DNA of 60,887 bases from a virus (Duplodnaviria > Caudoviricetes), in IMG/VR virus record IMGVR_UViG_3300042476_000233, positions 1 to 60,887 of that record. One strand, written 5' to 3'. Below are positions 27,202 to 34,761 of this stretch, one piece after another; the stretch's first letter is position 1; every line of letters starts with the position of its first letter. Below the pieces are notes generated by a model that saw nothing but the letters and a program-made list of their open reading frames with translations, did not search any database and was not told where the DNA came from. The position numbers and the translations under genes were made by a program.

Positions 27202-27420
27202 ATGAACCGTTTCATATTGATCGTTGGCGACGCCGCCACCTACGAGGAGGACGGCGAGCACCACGCCGACTTCCAACGTATTGACTTCATCAAGACCTTC
27301 TTCACATTCGAGGAAGCCGAAGCACGTGGTGAATGGGCCATTACGCATGGCCACGACACGTATGCCATCGCGCAGAACTTGTGCAACGTAGTGACCTACA
27401 ACCCCAAGCAAGGAGAGTAA
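27202..27420 (+). CDS. hypothetical protein
   Basis: Same leader as the 26614 gene. Confidence 0.75.
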   Translation: MNRFILIVGDAATYEEDGEHHADFQRIDFIKTFFTFEEAEARGEWAITHGHDTYAIAQNLCNVVTYNPKQGE

Positions 27421-27422
27421 CC

Positions 27423-27575
27423 ATGAAAGTGAAAGACCTGATCGAAGCACTGAAGAACCTGCCGCCTGAGTGTGATGTGTACCTGTGGTGGCAAGGCACA
27501 CGCCTGCCCGTGACCGAAGTCGATACTGACTTCGTCGAGGAGCAGTTCATTGACCTGATGATTACGGAGGACTGA
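27423..27575 (+). CDS. small hypothetical protein
   Basis: MKVKDLIEALKNLPP with AGGAG RBS. Confidence 0.7.
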   Translation: MKVKDLIEALKNLPPECDVYLWWQGTRLPVTEVDTDFVEEQFIDLMITED

Positions 27576-27578
27576 ACC

Positions 27579-27851
27579 ATGAAGCTAGTCAAGCACCCCC
27601 AACCCACCTTCCACTTCCTGCTCACATCCGTGTTCCGGTGGCACACGAGCGAAGACCTGCACGAAGCCATGAAGTACATGGACAAGCAGAAGGAAACCTA
27701 CTGGGTGTGGTACGTGCCGTGTGAGAAGAGCGCGGCGTACGACATCGAGTGGTATCGCCCTCAAGTCGAGGGCAGTTTCGTCCTGGCCCAGGTCGAGTTC
27801 GACAAGCGTGGTCGGGTGGTTAAGCACAAGGAAGAGGAGGCAACAGCGTGA
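27579..27851 (+). CDS. hypothetical protein
   Basis: GGAGG RBS, tightly packed. Confidence 0.7.
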   Translation: MKLVKHPQPTFHFLLTSVFRWHTSEDLHEAMKYMDKQKETYWVWYVPCEKSAAYDIEWYRPQVEGSFVLAQVEFDKRGRVVKHKEEEATA

Positions 27852-28066
27852 AAGACAACCTCGAATACATCCGGCGCAAGCCCAAGACCGACGACGACCA
27901 CCTGCATGCAGCGCACCTGATGCGCACGGGTGGGAGTTTCGCCAAGCACATCGCCGAGGCGTACATGTGCGCAGACCGCAGCAACAAGGAGCGACTCAAG
28001 GCTGCGTTCCCTGACCTGTTCACGCGCTTCTACGACGAGTACTTCCGTAGTACGCACGGCATTTGA
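27848..28066 (+). CDS. hypothetical protein
   Basis: GTGA overlap; GGSFAKHIAEAY..AD..NKERLKAAFP. Confidence 0.7.
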   Translation: MKDNLEYIRRKPKTDDDHLHAAHLMRTGGSFAKHIAEAYMCADRSNKERLKAAFPDLFTRFYDEYFRSTHGI

Positions 28067-28134
28067 GATCGGGGACGCCTGTCCCCATCCGTGGCCACTG
28101 CGGTTCAGTGGCACATCAACTAGGAGAAAGCAAC

Positions 28135-28488
28135 ATGAATGAAACCAACAACCCTATCCTCAACGCTATCCTGGCTGCACTCAACGAGCACATCGACGCG
28201 CGGATCAAGGCGGCACTGGAGGCGCAGCCCAAGCCGGAGACGAACGTCACCGTAGACATGGACGCCCTGCGTGAACTGGTCACCCCACTGGTGGGCAGCA
28301 TGGTCGAGGCCAAGATCGAGGAAGCCATCAACGCCCACTGCGAGGAGTACGACCATGACCGCTACGACAACATCGCCAACGAGGTGGACGACCTGCCCGA
28401 CTTCGATGACTTCGTGAGGGGCGATGAGTTGGATAGCAACGTGCGGGACGCAGTGCGCGACCTGTCCTTCGAGGTCAGCGTCAGCTAA
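28135..28488 (+). CDS. acidic helical protein
   Basis: AGGAGAAAGCAAC-ATG. Confidence 0.75.
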   Translation: MNETNNPILNAILAALNEHIDARIKAALEAQPKPETNVTVDMDALRELVTPLVGSMVEAKIEEAINAHCEEYDHDRYDNIANEVDDLPDFDDFVRGDELDSNVRDAVRDLSFEVSVS

Positions 28489-28499
28489 GGAGAAAGCAA

Positions 28500-28715
28500 A
28501 TGACCAACGGAGTAACCAAAGACTTCATCGACTCACTCACTGCGAACGAGCGCACCGACCTGCTTGCGGGACTCACGAACCTGCATCTGAAGCGCACCGC
28601 AAGCGACGCGCTGATGGCGTCGAGCCTGCTCACGCACTACCTCAGGGCGCTAGGCATGAACGAAGAGGCGGAGTACATGGCCAACCTTCAGCACCGCTTG
28701 TTCGACCTGACCTGA
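28500..28715 (+). CDS. hypothetical protein
   Basis: AAGGAGAAAGCAA-ATG. Confidence 0.7.
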   Translation: MTNGVTKDFIDSLTANERTDLLAGLTNLHLKRTASDALMASSLLTHYLRALGMNEEAEYMANLQHRLFDLT

Positions 28716-28826
28716 AATTTTTTTCACCCAACCCTTCCCACAACCGTGGGAAGGGGTTACACTGTCCACTTCTGGACAACCGTAGCCGCTGCGGATCAGC
28801 GGCAATCTCAACTAGGAGAAAGCAAC

Positions 28827-29801
28827 ATGGCTCATCAAATCATGATCAAAAACAACGTCGCTCAATACGCAAGTACGCAGAGGGAATGGCACGGCCTGGG
28901 GCAACTGATGCTGCCCGGTCAGTCCATTGAGAAATGGCAAGAGGAAGCCGGTATGAACTATGAAGTGCAGCGCGGTTATGTTCGCTACGCCACCGAGCGT
29001 GGCCAGTCGGCTGACGCCATGAAGGTAGTGAAGGACAAGGTGGTGCTGTTCCGCAGCGACACCAAGGATGCCCTGGGCGTGGTGTCTGATTCCTACAAGG
29101 TGGTGCAGCCCCGTGAGGTGCTGGAGTTCTTCCGCGACTGGGCCACGGCAGGTGGCATGACGATTGAAAGTGCGGGGGTCTTGTTTGGTGGCAAGCGGTA
29201 CTTCGCCACAGCGAAGATGGCAGCGGGGGTTTGTGTTGACGGGTACTCCGACAGGATCGTGCCCTACGCTCTCCTGTCTACCTCCGCCGATGGCTCCCTG
29301 GCCACCGAGGCACGGTGGACTACCGTCCGGGTTGTGTGCAACAACACCCTGAGCATGGCACGCGAGGGCAAGGCAGCAGTGCGGGTGACGCACCGTAGTG
29401 AGTTCAAGCCTGAAGATGTGCGCGATGTGTTGGAGAACGCCAACGCTGAGTTCCATGCCTTCATGGAGATGAGCCGCCAACTGGCGGGCATCAAGGTCGC
29501 ACGCCCCTTGGCAGAAGACCTGACTATGCACCTCTTCAAGACCGGCACAACCAAGGACGCCGACAAGGTCAAGGAGTCGCGTGGCTTCATTCGCGTGATG
29601 GAGTTGTTCAACGGCGCAGCCAAGGGCGCGATGCTTGAGACAGCGCAGGAAACTGCATGGGGTTGGCTCAACGCGGTCACCGAGTACGCTGACCACCACA
29701 TCCGCGCTCACTCGGATGAGAACCGCACCGCCTCTGCTCTGTGGGGCCAGGGCGACACGCTCAAGAACCGCGCAGTTGAGTTGGCTCTGGCTGCAGCGTG
29801 A
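28827..29801 (+). CDS. DUF932 / TIGR03299-type phage-plasmid protein
   Basis: MAHQI...WHGLG, LGVVSDSYKVVQP, TTVRVVCNNTL, TAWGWLNAVTEYADH. Confidence 0.88.
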   Translation: MAHQIMIKNNVAQYASTQREWHGLGQLMLPGQSIEKWQEEAGMNYEVQRGYVRYATERGQSADAMKVVKDKVVLFRSDTKDALGVVSDSYKVVQPREVLEFFRDWATAGGMTIESAGVLFGGKRYFATAKMAAGVCVDGYSDRIVPYALLSTSADGSLATEARWTTVRVVCNNTLSMAREGKAAVRVTHRSEFKPEDVRDVLENANAEFHAFMEMSRQLAGIKVARPLAEDLTMHLFKTGTTKDADKVKESRGFIRVMELFNGAAKGAMLETAQETAWGWLNAVTEYADHHIRAHSDENRTASALWGQGDTLKNRAVELALAAA

Positions 29802-29902
29802 AGACCGTCTCTTTCACTATCAACATCTCTTCTTCCGAGGGCTTGCGCCCTCGGTTGCTTCTGTCTAAACTTGGACTTCCCACAACCACAAAGGAGAAAG
29901 CA

Positions 29903-30292
29903 ATGACCGAAACCGTAACAACCCCAACCAAGATTAACAAGGCGGAACTCATCCGCACCCTGCTCAAAGACAAAACCAAATCCAAGAGCGACATCGCCGA
30001 GGAGGTCGGCTGCAAAGTGCAGTACGTCTTCAGCGTGCAGAACCATGACCGGGTGAGGGCCAGGAAAGCCAGGGCCAAGCGCAAGCTGGAGCGTCAGGCA
30101 GAACTGCGCAACGGCGCGCCCAAGCGCAAGTACACCAAGAGCGGAAAGTATGCGAAGCAGGTTCCCGCGCCCACCACGCCGATGGTGGAGCCGGTTGTGA
30201 AGACGCAGTACATCGAGATCGAGGTACCGCAGCCGCACTACAACCTGACATGGCGTCAGCGTTTCACTGCGCTGTTTTTCGGGAGGGTCTGA
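29903..30292 (+). CDS. HTH-containing protein
   Basis: SKSDIAEEVGCKVQYV helix-turn-helix; AAGGAGAAAGC RBS. Confidence 0.7.
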   Translation: MTETVTTPTKINKAELIRTLLKDKTKSKSDIAEEVGCKVQYVFSVQNHDRVRARKARAKRKLERQAELRNGAPKRKYTKSGKYAKQVPAPTTPMVEPVVKTQYIEIEVPQPHYNLTWRQRFTALFFGRV

Positions 30293-30294
30293 GC

Positions 30295-30489
30295 ATGAAG
30301 TTCTACGAGATCGAACTCAGGCGCGAGTCCTACATCACCGTTGTCGTCAGCGGCACCTCTGCGGAAGAAGCAGCGGAAAAGCTCCTCAACAACTTGGAGG
30401 AGTACGTCGATGGCGACCCCGATGAAGCCGACTGGGACATCACCGATATCAACGAAGCGGAAAGAACCGAGGAGGACAGAGCAGAATGA
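30295..30489 (+). CDS. small acidic protein
   Basis: MKFYEIELRRESYITVVV..SAEEA. Confidence 0.7.
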   Translation: MKFYEIELRRESYITVVVSGTSAEEAAEKLLNNLEEYVDGDPDEADWDITDINEAERTEEDRAE

Positions 30490-30647
30490 AAACACGCGCA
30501 TTGAAACTGGTACGTGAGTTGTTCGCCGTGGACTATGTGCCGCTGCACACGCAGCGCCACAACCAACGGCAGTGGGTCAAGAGCGTTCGTCAACTGGGTG
30601 ACCGATGGCTACTCGCAAAACCACTCGACCTGCCCAAGAAGCACTAG
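30486..30647 (+). CDS. small hypothetical protein (53 aa)
   Basis: ATGA overlap; MKTRALKLVR...LGDRWLLAK read by hand. Confidence 0.6.
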   Translation: MKTRALKLVRELFAVDYVPLHTQRHNQRQWVKSVRQLGDRWLLAKPLDLPKKH

Positions 30648-30766
30648 ACCCACCACCCAAGGTCTGGCCCTTCCCAACGTGGAAGGGCCGACCGTACAAG
30701 CAACCAAAACAACAAAAACCCGATCCGGTGGCGGGACTACCACCAGCACTGTTCTAGGAGAAAGCA

Positions 30767-31423
30767 ATGATCAAAGAAGAAACCTGCATCATCAGCCCGC
30801 CGAAGTTCGGCGTCACCGACTTCTACATCGAGGGCGCTGCGCCCCTGGTGGTGGAGCGGTTCAGCAAGAAGGCTGAACTCATGGCCAAGATGGCCGAGGG
30901 CCAGTCAGCCAAGAACAAGAAGGCCCGCGACGCACGGGACTACGACAAGGAAGCCGAAGAGGCGCGCTATCGCAGCATCGATGGGTGGGAGGGCATGAAC
31001 GCCGCCGCGTTCCGTGCCGCCATGATCAGCGCCTGCCGACTCGTGGGGTTCAAGATGACGCTGGCCAAGTTGTCTGCGTTCATCGAGGCCGATGGGTTCG
31101 ACAAGAACGATGGCGTCCCCCTCGTGCGCATCTACGGCGAGAGTCAGGTTTACACGGCGCATACTCGTAACGCTACGGGTGTGGTCGATGTGCGTTCCCG
31201 TCCCATGTATCGCAACTGGGCCGCGCGTCTGCGTGTCCGGTACGACATGGATCAGTTCAAGATGGCCGATGTCTTGAACCTTGTCTCCCGGTGTGGGATG
31301 CAAGTGGGTATCGGTGCAGGCCGTCCCGACAGCAAGGCTTCTGCCGGATGCGGGTTCGGTCTGTTCAACGTAGTCCCGAGTGATCGGGAGAAGGAAGTGG
31401 TCGCCAAGTACGGCATCCAATAA
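30767..31423 (+). CDS. solo RAMP/Cas7-like RNA-binding protein (candidate guide-RNA effector)
   Basis: N-terminal strand FYIEGAAPLVV, helix AAAFRAAMISA, C-terminal Gly-rich loop VGIGAGRPDSKASAGCGFGLF; stop codon abuts the pentamer array. Confidence 0.7.
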   Translation: MIKEETCIISPPKFGVTDFYIEGAAPLVVERFSKKAELMAKMAEGQSAKNKKARDARDYDKEAEEARYRSIDGWEGMNAAAFRAAMISACRLVGFKMTLAKLSAFIEADGFDKNDGVPLVRIYGESQVYTAHTRNATGVVDVRSRPMYRNWAARLRVRYDMDQFKMADVLNLVSRCGMQVGIGAGRPDSKASAGCGFGLFNVVPSDREKEVVAKYGIQ

Positions 31424-31942
31424 GGCAGGCTAGGCTCGTCTTGGTATCGACAGGCCCGTCCCGGTTAGGCAGGTTCGGCTCGTCCTGGCTAGGCGCGGTG
31501 CAGTACGGTTCAGCAAGGCAGGCGGGGCTAGGCGCGAATAGGCGCGTTTCGGCAGCGCGTGGCGAGGCAAGGCAGGTGCGTCAAGGCGGCGCGGGGCTTG
31601 GATCGACCCGGACAGGCAAGGCAGGTCTGGCGTGGACAGGCGGGTTCGGGCGAGGCACGGTTGGGTACGGCAAGGCAGGCGGGGCTGGGCTAGTCTAGTT
31701 CTGGTAGGGCAGAGCATGTTTCGGCAAGGCAGGCTTGGCAGGGCTCGGAGCGGCAGCGTCGGGCTAGGTATGGCACATCACGGCAGGCAAGGCTAGGCGG
31801 GTTCCAGTGCGGTCAGGTAAGGCTAGGCGAGGCAGGTCAGGAAAGGCCCGGCTTGGACGGGCGAGGTGCGGCGAAGCGAGGCAACGCACGGCAGGTAAGG
31901 CAAGGAAAGGCATCGCAGGGCCGGGCGCGGTGTGGTACCGCA
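31424..31942 (+). repeat. non-coding GGY-NN pentamer array, ten units (candidate guide-RNA array)
   Basis: Units start with GGCA at 31424, 31468, 31517, 31571, 31620, 31674, 31728, 31782, 31831 and 31890, each followed by 8-11 in-phase pentamers. Confidence 0.9.
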
Positions 31943-31968
31943 GGCATTTAACTTTTTAAGGAGAAAGC

Positions 31969-32424
31969 ATGAAAGAGGAACGGAAACTTTTGACTGACAT
32001 GGCACGGCGCAACGGCGGCGTGCTCAAGGTAGAGGACGTGATCGCTGAGGCAAGCAGTGCCGACAGCATCCTGCACAAACACTTTGAGTGGGACGACACG
32101 AAGGCTGCTGAGAACTACCGCAGGGAGCAGGCACGCTCGCTGATTCAGCGGTGCAAGATCACGCTGGTGGAGGGCGAGCCCGTATCCGTGCGGGCGTTCG
32201 TCAGTCTGCCGACTGATCGAGAGAGTGGCGGAGGCTACCGCCTCACGTCGGAGGTCATAAGCAACGAATCCCAGAAGGAGGAACTGCTGCGCGACATCCA
32301 GTTGACCATCGCCCGCTGGTCGCAGAAGCTGCACCTGCTCGATCAGGACATCGCTGAACTGCTCGAAGAGGTGGATAACCGAATCAATAGTAAACAGGCA
32401 GACGCTACGCGGGTAGCGGCCTGA
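31969..32424 (+). CDS. array-associated accessory protein
   Basis: NGGVLKVEDVIAEA...LHKHFEWDDTKAAENYRREQARSLI; AAGGAGAAAGC RBS right after the array. Confidence 0.8.
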   Translation: MKEERKLLTDMARRNGGVLKVEDVIAEASSADSILHKHFEWDDTKAAENYRREQARSLIQRCKITLVEGEPVSVRAFVSLPTDRESGGGYRLTSEVISNESQKEELLRDIQLTIARWSQKLHLLDQDIAELLEEVDNRINSKQADATRVAA

Positions 32425-32441
32425 ACCCATAGGAGCAAACC

Positions 32442-32567
32442 ATGCAGAGACTCAACGAAGATGACGGACTCGACGAACTGGGCTGGCTCGCCGCCATGCT
32501 GGGCGCCCTTGGCTTCCTGTTCTTCGCCCTGGTGTACTTCCTGCACTGGGCGGGGTGGCTTACATGA
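32442..32567 (+). CDS. small membrane protein (41 aa)
   Basis: AGGAG RBS; one hydrophobic helix. Confidence 0.6.
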   Translation: MQRLNEDDGLDELGWLAAMLGALGFLFFALVYFLHWAGWLT

Positions 32568-32683
32568 AATGGCTTGGTGAATTCATCGTCCTGTACTGGC
32601 TGATCACCGTCTTGGTCGTGGTGTTCCTCGCCCCGTTCGTGACGCTGATGATGTTGATCAGTTATTTGTGGGGGTTGGTATGA
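32564..32683 (+). CDS. small membrane protein (39 aa)
   Basis: ATGA overlaps at both ends; almost entirely hydrophobic. Confidence 0.55.
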   Translation: MKWLGEFIVLYWLITVLVVVFLAPFVTLMMLISYLWGLV

Positions 32684-33090
32684 GTGAAGCGTTGAGATTG
32701 GCTGAATTGATTGACAACGACCTGAAGAAATCCGCGCATCACGAAGAAGCCGCTGCTGAACTGCGCCGCCTTCATGCGGAGAACAAACGCCTGGAGACGC
32801 TCTGCTACGACTACCTTGGTGAACTGACAGCCATGCGTGCAGTGGAGCACATGCGAAAGCAGACCTTCATGGCTGAGTACAAGTTCCGCACTTACGGCTA
32901 CTACCAAGACGCCGACGGCAAGATGCAGGTGGGCGAGATACCGGAAGAGATGTTGACCGTGAGCGTAGAGGAGTTGATTGAGAAGGCTGTACTGGCCGAA
33001 CGTGAGGCGTGTGCGGAGTTGATTGAAGACATGGCTGTGCAGCACCCGAAGTACATCGCCGCCGCCATCAGAGCAAGGGGGCGGGAATGA
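32680..33090 (+). CDS. hypothetical protein
   Basis: EAAAELRRLHAEN and AEREACA...AAAIRARG motifs. Confidence 0.75.
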   Translation: MSEALRLAELIDNDLKKSAHHEEAAAELRRLHAENKRLETLCYDYLGELTAMRAVEHMRKQTFMAEYKFRTYGYYQDADGKMQVGEIPEEMLTVSVEELIEKAVLAEREACAELIEDMAVQHPKYIAAAIRARGRE

Positions 33091-33311
33091 GCGGCGACCA
33101 CAACGCAAACCAGAAAGGGGCCAAGGTACTGGCGCAGATCGATGCGGAGCCAAAGCCAAAACAAAAAGTGTCTGAGAGATCAGCGCGGGTGACCATCGGC
33201 ATGATGAGAACCCTCGCACGCGCCATCCCCATCAGCCCGTTCCATTTACACGCCGCAGATCAGATGGAGCGGATGCTTGACGAACTGATTCGATTAAGGA
33301 AAAAAACTTGA
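33087..33311 (+). CDS. hypothetical protein
   Basis: ATGA overlap. Confidence 0.65.
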   Translation: MSGDHNANQKGAKVLAQIDAEPKPKQKVSERSARVTIGMMRTLARAIPISPFHLHAADQMERMLDELIRLRKKT

Positions 33312-33718
33312 ACCCACCAAGCCCCAAAGGCAAGCGCCAGATCAAGATCAACGCGATCATGCAGGCGCAGTTGATCAAGCTCCTCCTCGAAGGCACCTAC
33401 ACGTGTACCGAACTGGCTGAGATGACGGGCCTTCACTACGTGACCGTGTGCCAATACACCAGGGAGTTGCATCGCGCGGGTGCCGCCCATATTGCTGCCT
33501 GGGAGAAAGACCCACGTGGCCGTGATCTGGCGAAAATCTACAAACTTGGTGTGGGCAACGACAAGCGGCGTCAGAAGAAGACGCAGGCCGAGCGGCAGCG
33601 TGCCTACCGCACCAAGAAGAAGCAGATCAAACTCATGGAGATGTTGACATCATGCAGTGCCCCGAGTGTGGAGCGAGAGCCCACGCCCTTGAAGTTAGAG
33701 CCACAACTGGTGGCCTGA
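33308..33718 (+). CDS. winged-HTH protein
   Basis: TCTELAEMTGLHYVTVCQYTRELH. Confidence 0.7.
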   Translation: MNPPSPKGKRQIKINAIMQAQLIKLLLEGTYTCTELAEMTGLHYVTVCQYTRELHRAGAAHIAAWEKDPRGRDLAKIYKLGVGNDKRRQKKTQAERQRAYRTKKKQIKLMEMLTSCSAPSVEREPTPLKLEPQLVA

Positions 33719-33963
33719 AGAGAAGGAGATATGAATGCTCACAGTGCAAACAAAGGTTCACGACAGTGGGGACGCCGAAAGACCTGCGGCTGGACCTGCA
33801 CAACAACCCCCACCGCCACGAGCAAACGATACGCAAGTCGCGGGCAACCACTACAAGCAGTTCCAAATCGAACCCTGGGACGCCATCATTGACTGGAATC
33901 TTGGCTACTTGGATGGCAACGCCGTCAAGTACCTCAGTCGATGGCGACACAAGAACGGAATAG
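33652..33963 (+). CDS. NrdR N-terminal-like Zn-ribbon protein
   Basis: MQCPECG...KRRRYECSQCKQRFTT; GGAG upstream; overlaps both neighbours. Confidence 0.6.
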   Translation: MQCPECGARAHALEVRATTGGLKRRRYECSQCKQRFTTVGTPKDLRLDLHNNPHRHEQTIRKSRATTTSSSKSNPGTPSLTGILATWMATPSSTSVDGDTRTE

Positions 33964-34031
33964 AAGACCTCAAGAAGGCGCGCCACTACATCGACAAGCT
34001 GCTTGAGGTAGAGCAGGCAAAGAAATCATAG
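33735..34031 (+). CDS. DUF3310 (SaV-like) protein
   Basis: QVAGNHY..IEPWD...GNAVKYLSRW..KNGIEDLKKARHY. Confidence 0.8.
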   Translation: MLTVQTKVHDSGDAERPAAGPAQQPPPPRANDTQVAGNHYKQFQIEPWDAIIDWNLGYLDGNAVKYLSRWRHKNGIEDLKKARHYIDKLLEVEQAKKS

Positions 34032-34196
34032 GCGGCGCGTTGGTTTGGTAACGGTGGCAAGCCTTGCAGATGCGACCCACTTTTACCGCTTGCACAGTGC
34101 CGCCTGAAAGTACTTGCTGCGCAAGCATCCGTTTACCTAGACCGAGGGGGCTAGGAATCTGCATCACCCCCTCACCCACAACCAAAGGAGAAAGCA

Positions 34197-34514
34197 ATGG
34201 GCTTATTTGGCGGGGTCACCTACGACCCAGAGAAAGACAAGGATAGGCTGCTCACGCAGCTAGGCCGTGTTCGAGATGTGATGTTCGATGGCCAGTGGCA
34301 CACGCTGGCCGAGTTGGTGGTTCGATGTGGCGGCTCCGATGCCTCGGTCAGCGCCCGCATACGCGACCTTCGCAAGAAGAAGTTCGGTGAATACACCGTC
34401 CACAGGAAGCGCATACGCGATGGCTTGTGGGTCTACAAACTGGAGTTGCCCGATGGCTACAACCCCCGAAGTCAAGGTCAAGAAGCAGTGCGTGACACTG
34501 CTCAATGCCCATAA
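34197..34514 (+). CDS. HTH-like protein
   Basis: DGQWHTLAEL...SDASVSARIRDLRK; AAGGAGAAAGC RBS. Confidence 0.7.
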   Translation: MGLFGGVTYDPEKDKDRLLTQLGRVRDVMFDGQWHTLAELVVRCGGSDASVSARIRDLRKKKFGEYTVHRKRIRDGLWVYKLELPDGYNPRSQGQEAVRDTAQCP

Positions 34515-34761
34515 GGTTTACTACTTCTTCCCCGTGGCCTCGGGCTACGGTAGGGTGGGCATCCCCGACATCATCGCCTGCTGCGATGGCCACTTCCTGG
34601 CCATCGAGTGCAAGGCAGGCAAGAACAAACCAACCGCCCTGCAGGAAGCCGAGATGCTCAAGATACGCACGGCAGGCGGCACGACCCTCGTGATCAACGA
34701 GGACAACATCAACGAACTACAGGGGTGGTTAGATGCTAGGAGTCAACTACATGAACAATGA
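34453..34761 (+). CDS. VRR-NUC nuclease (putative Holliday junction resolvase)
   Basis: TPEVKVK...GIPDII...FLAIECKAG..PTALQ. Confidence 0.85.
   Translation: MATTPEVKVKKQCVTLLNAHKVYYFFPVASGYGRVGIPDIIACCDGHFLAIECKAGKNKPTALQEAEMLKIRTAGGTTLVINEDNINELQGWLDARSQLHEQ

Noticed and set aside
31468-31516. Unit 2 concatenated NN (TCTCCTTAGC) complementary to GCTAAGGAGA near 28484
   Set aside because: Only 10 nt match and the rest of the unit does not; could be chance. I found no convincing self-target by eye, but a computed search is needed.
31424-31942. Canonical CRISPR array or TIGR array
   Set aside because: No identical 25-40-nt direct repeats with unique spacers, no cas1/cas2, no box C/D-like motifs and no Nop-domain gene seen; conservation is interleaved at 5-nt period instead.
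31430-32005. ORFs 31430-31717 (-), 31441-31698 (+) and 31823-32005 (-) across the array
   Set aside because: Low-complexity translations of the repeat with no RBS; a 5-nt period with 4-nt phase breaks does not fit codon-level selection.
34100-34130. Hammerhead ribozyme core
   Set aside because: CTGAAAG does not match CUGANGA and the required stems are not evident.
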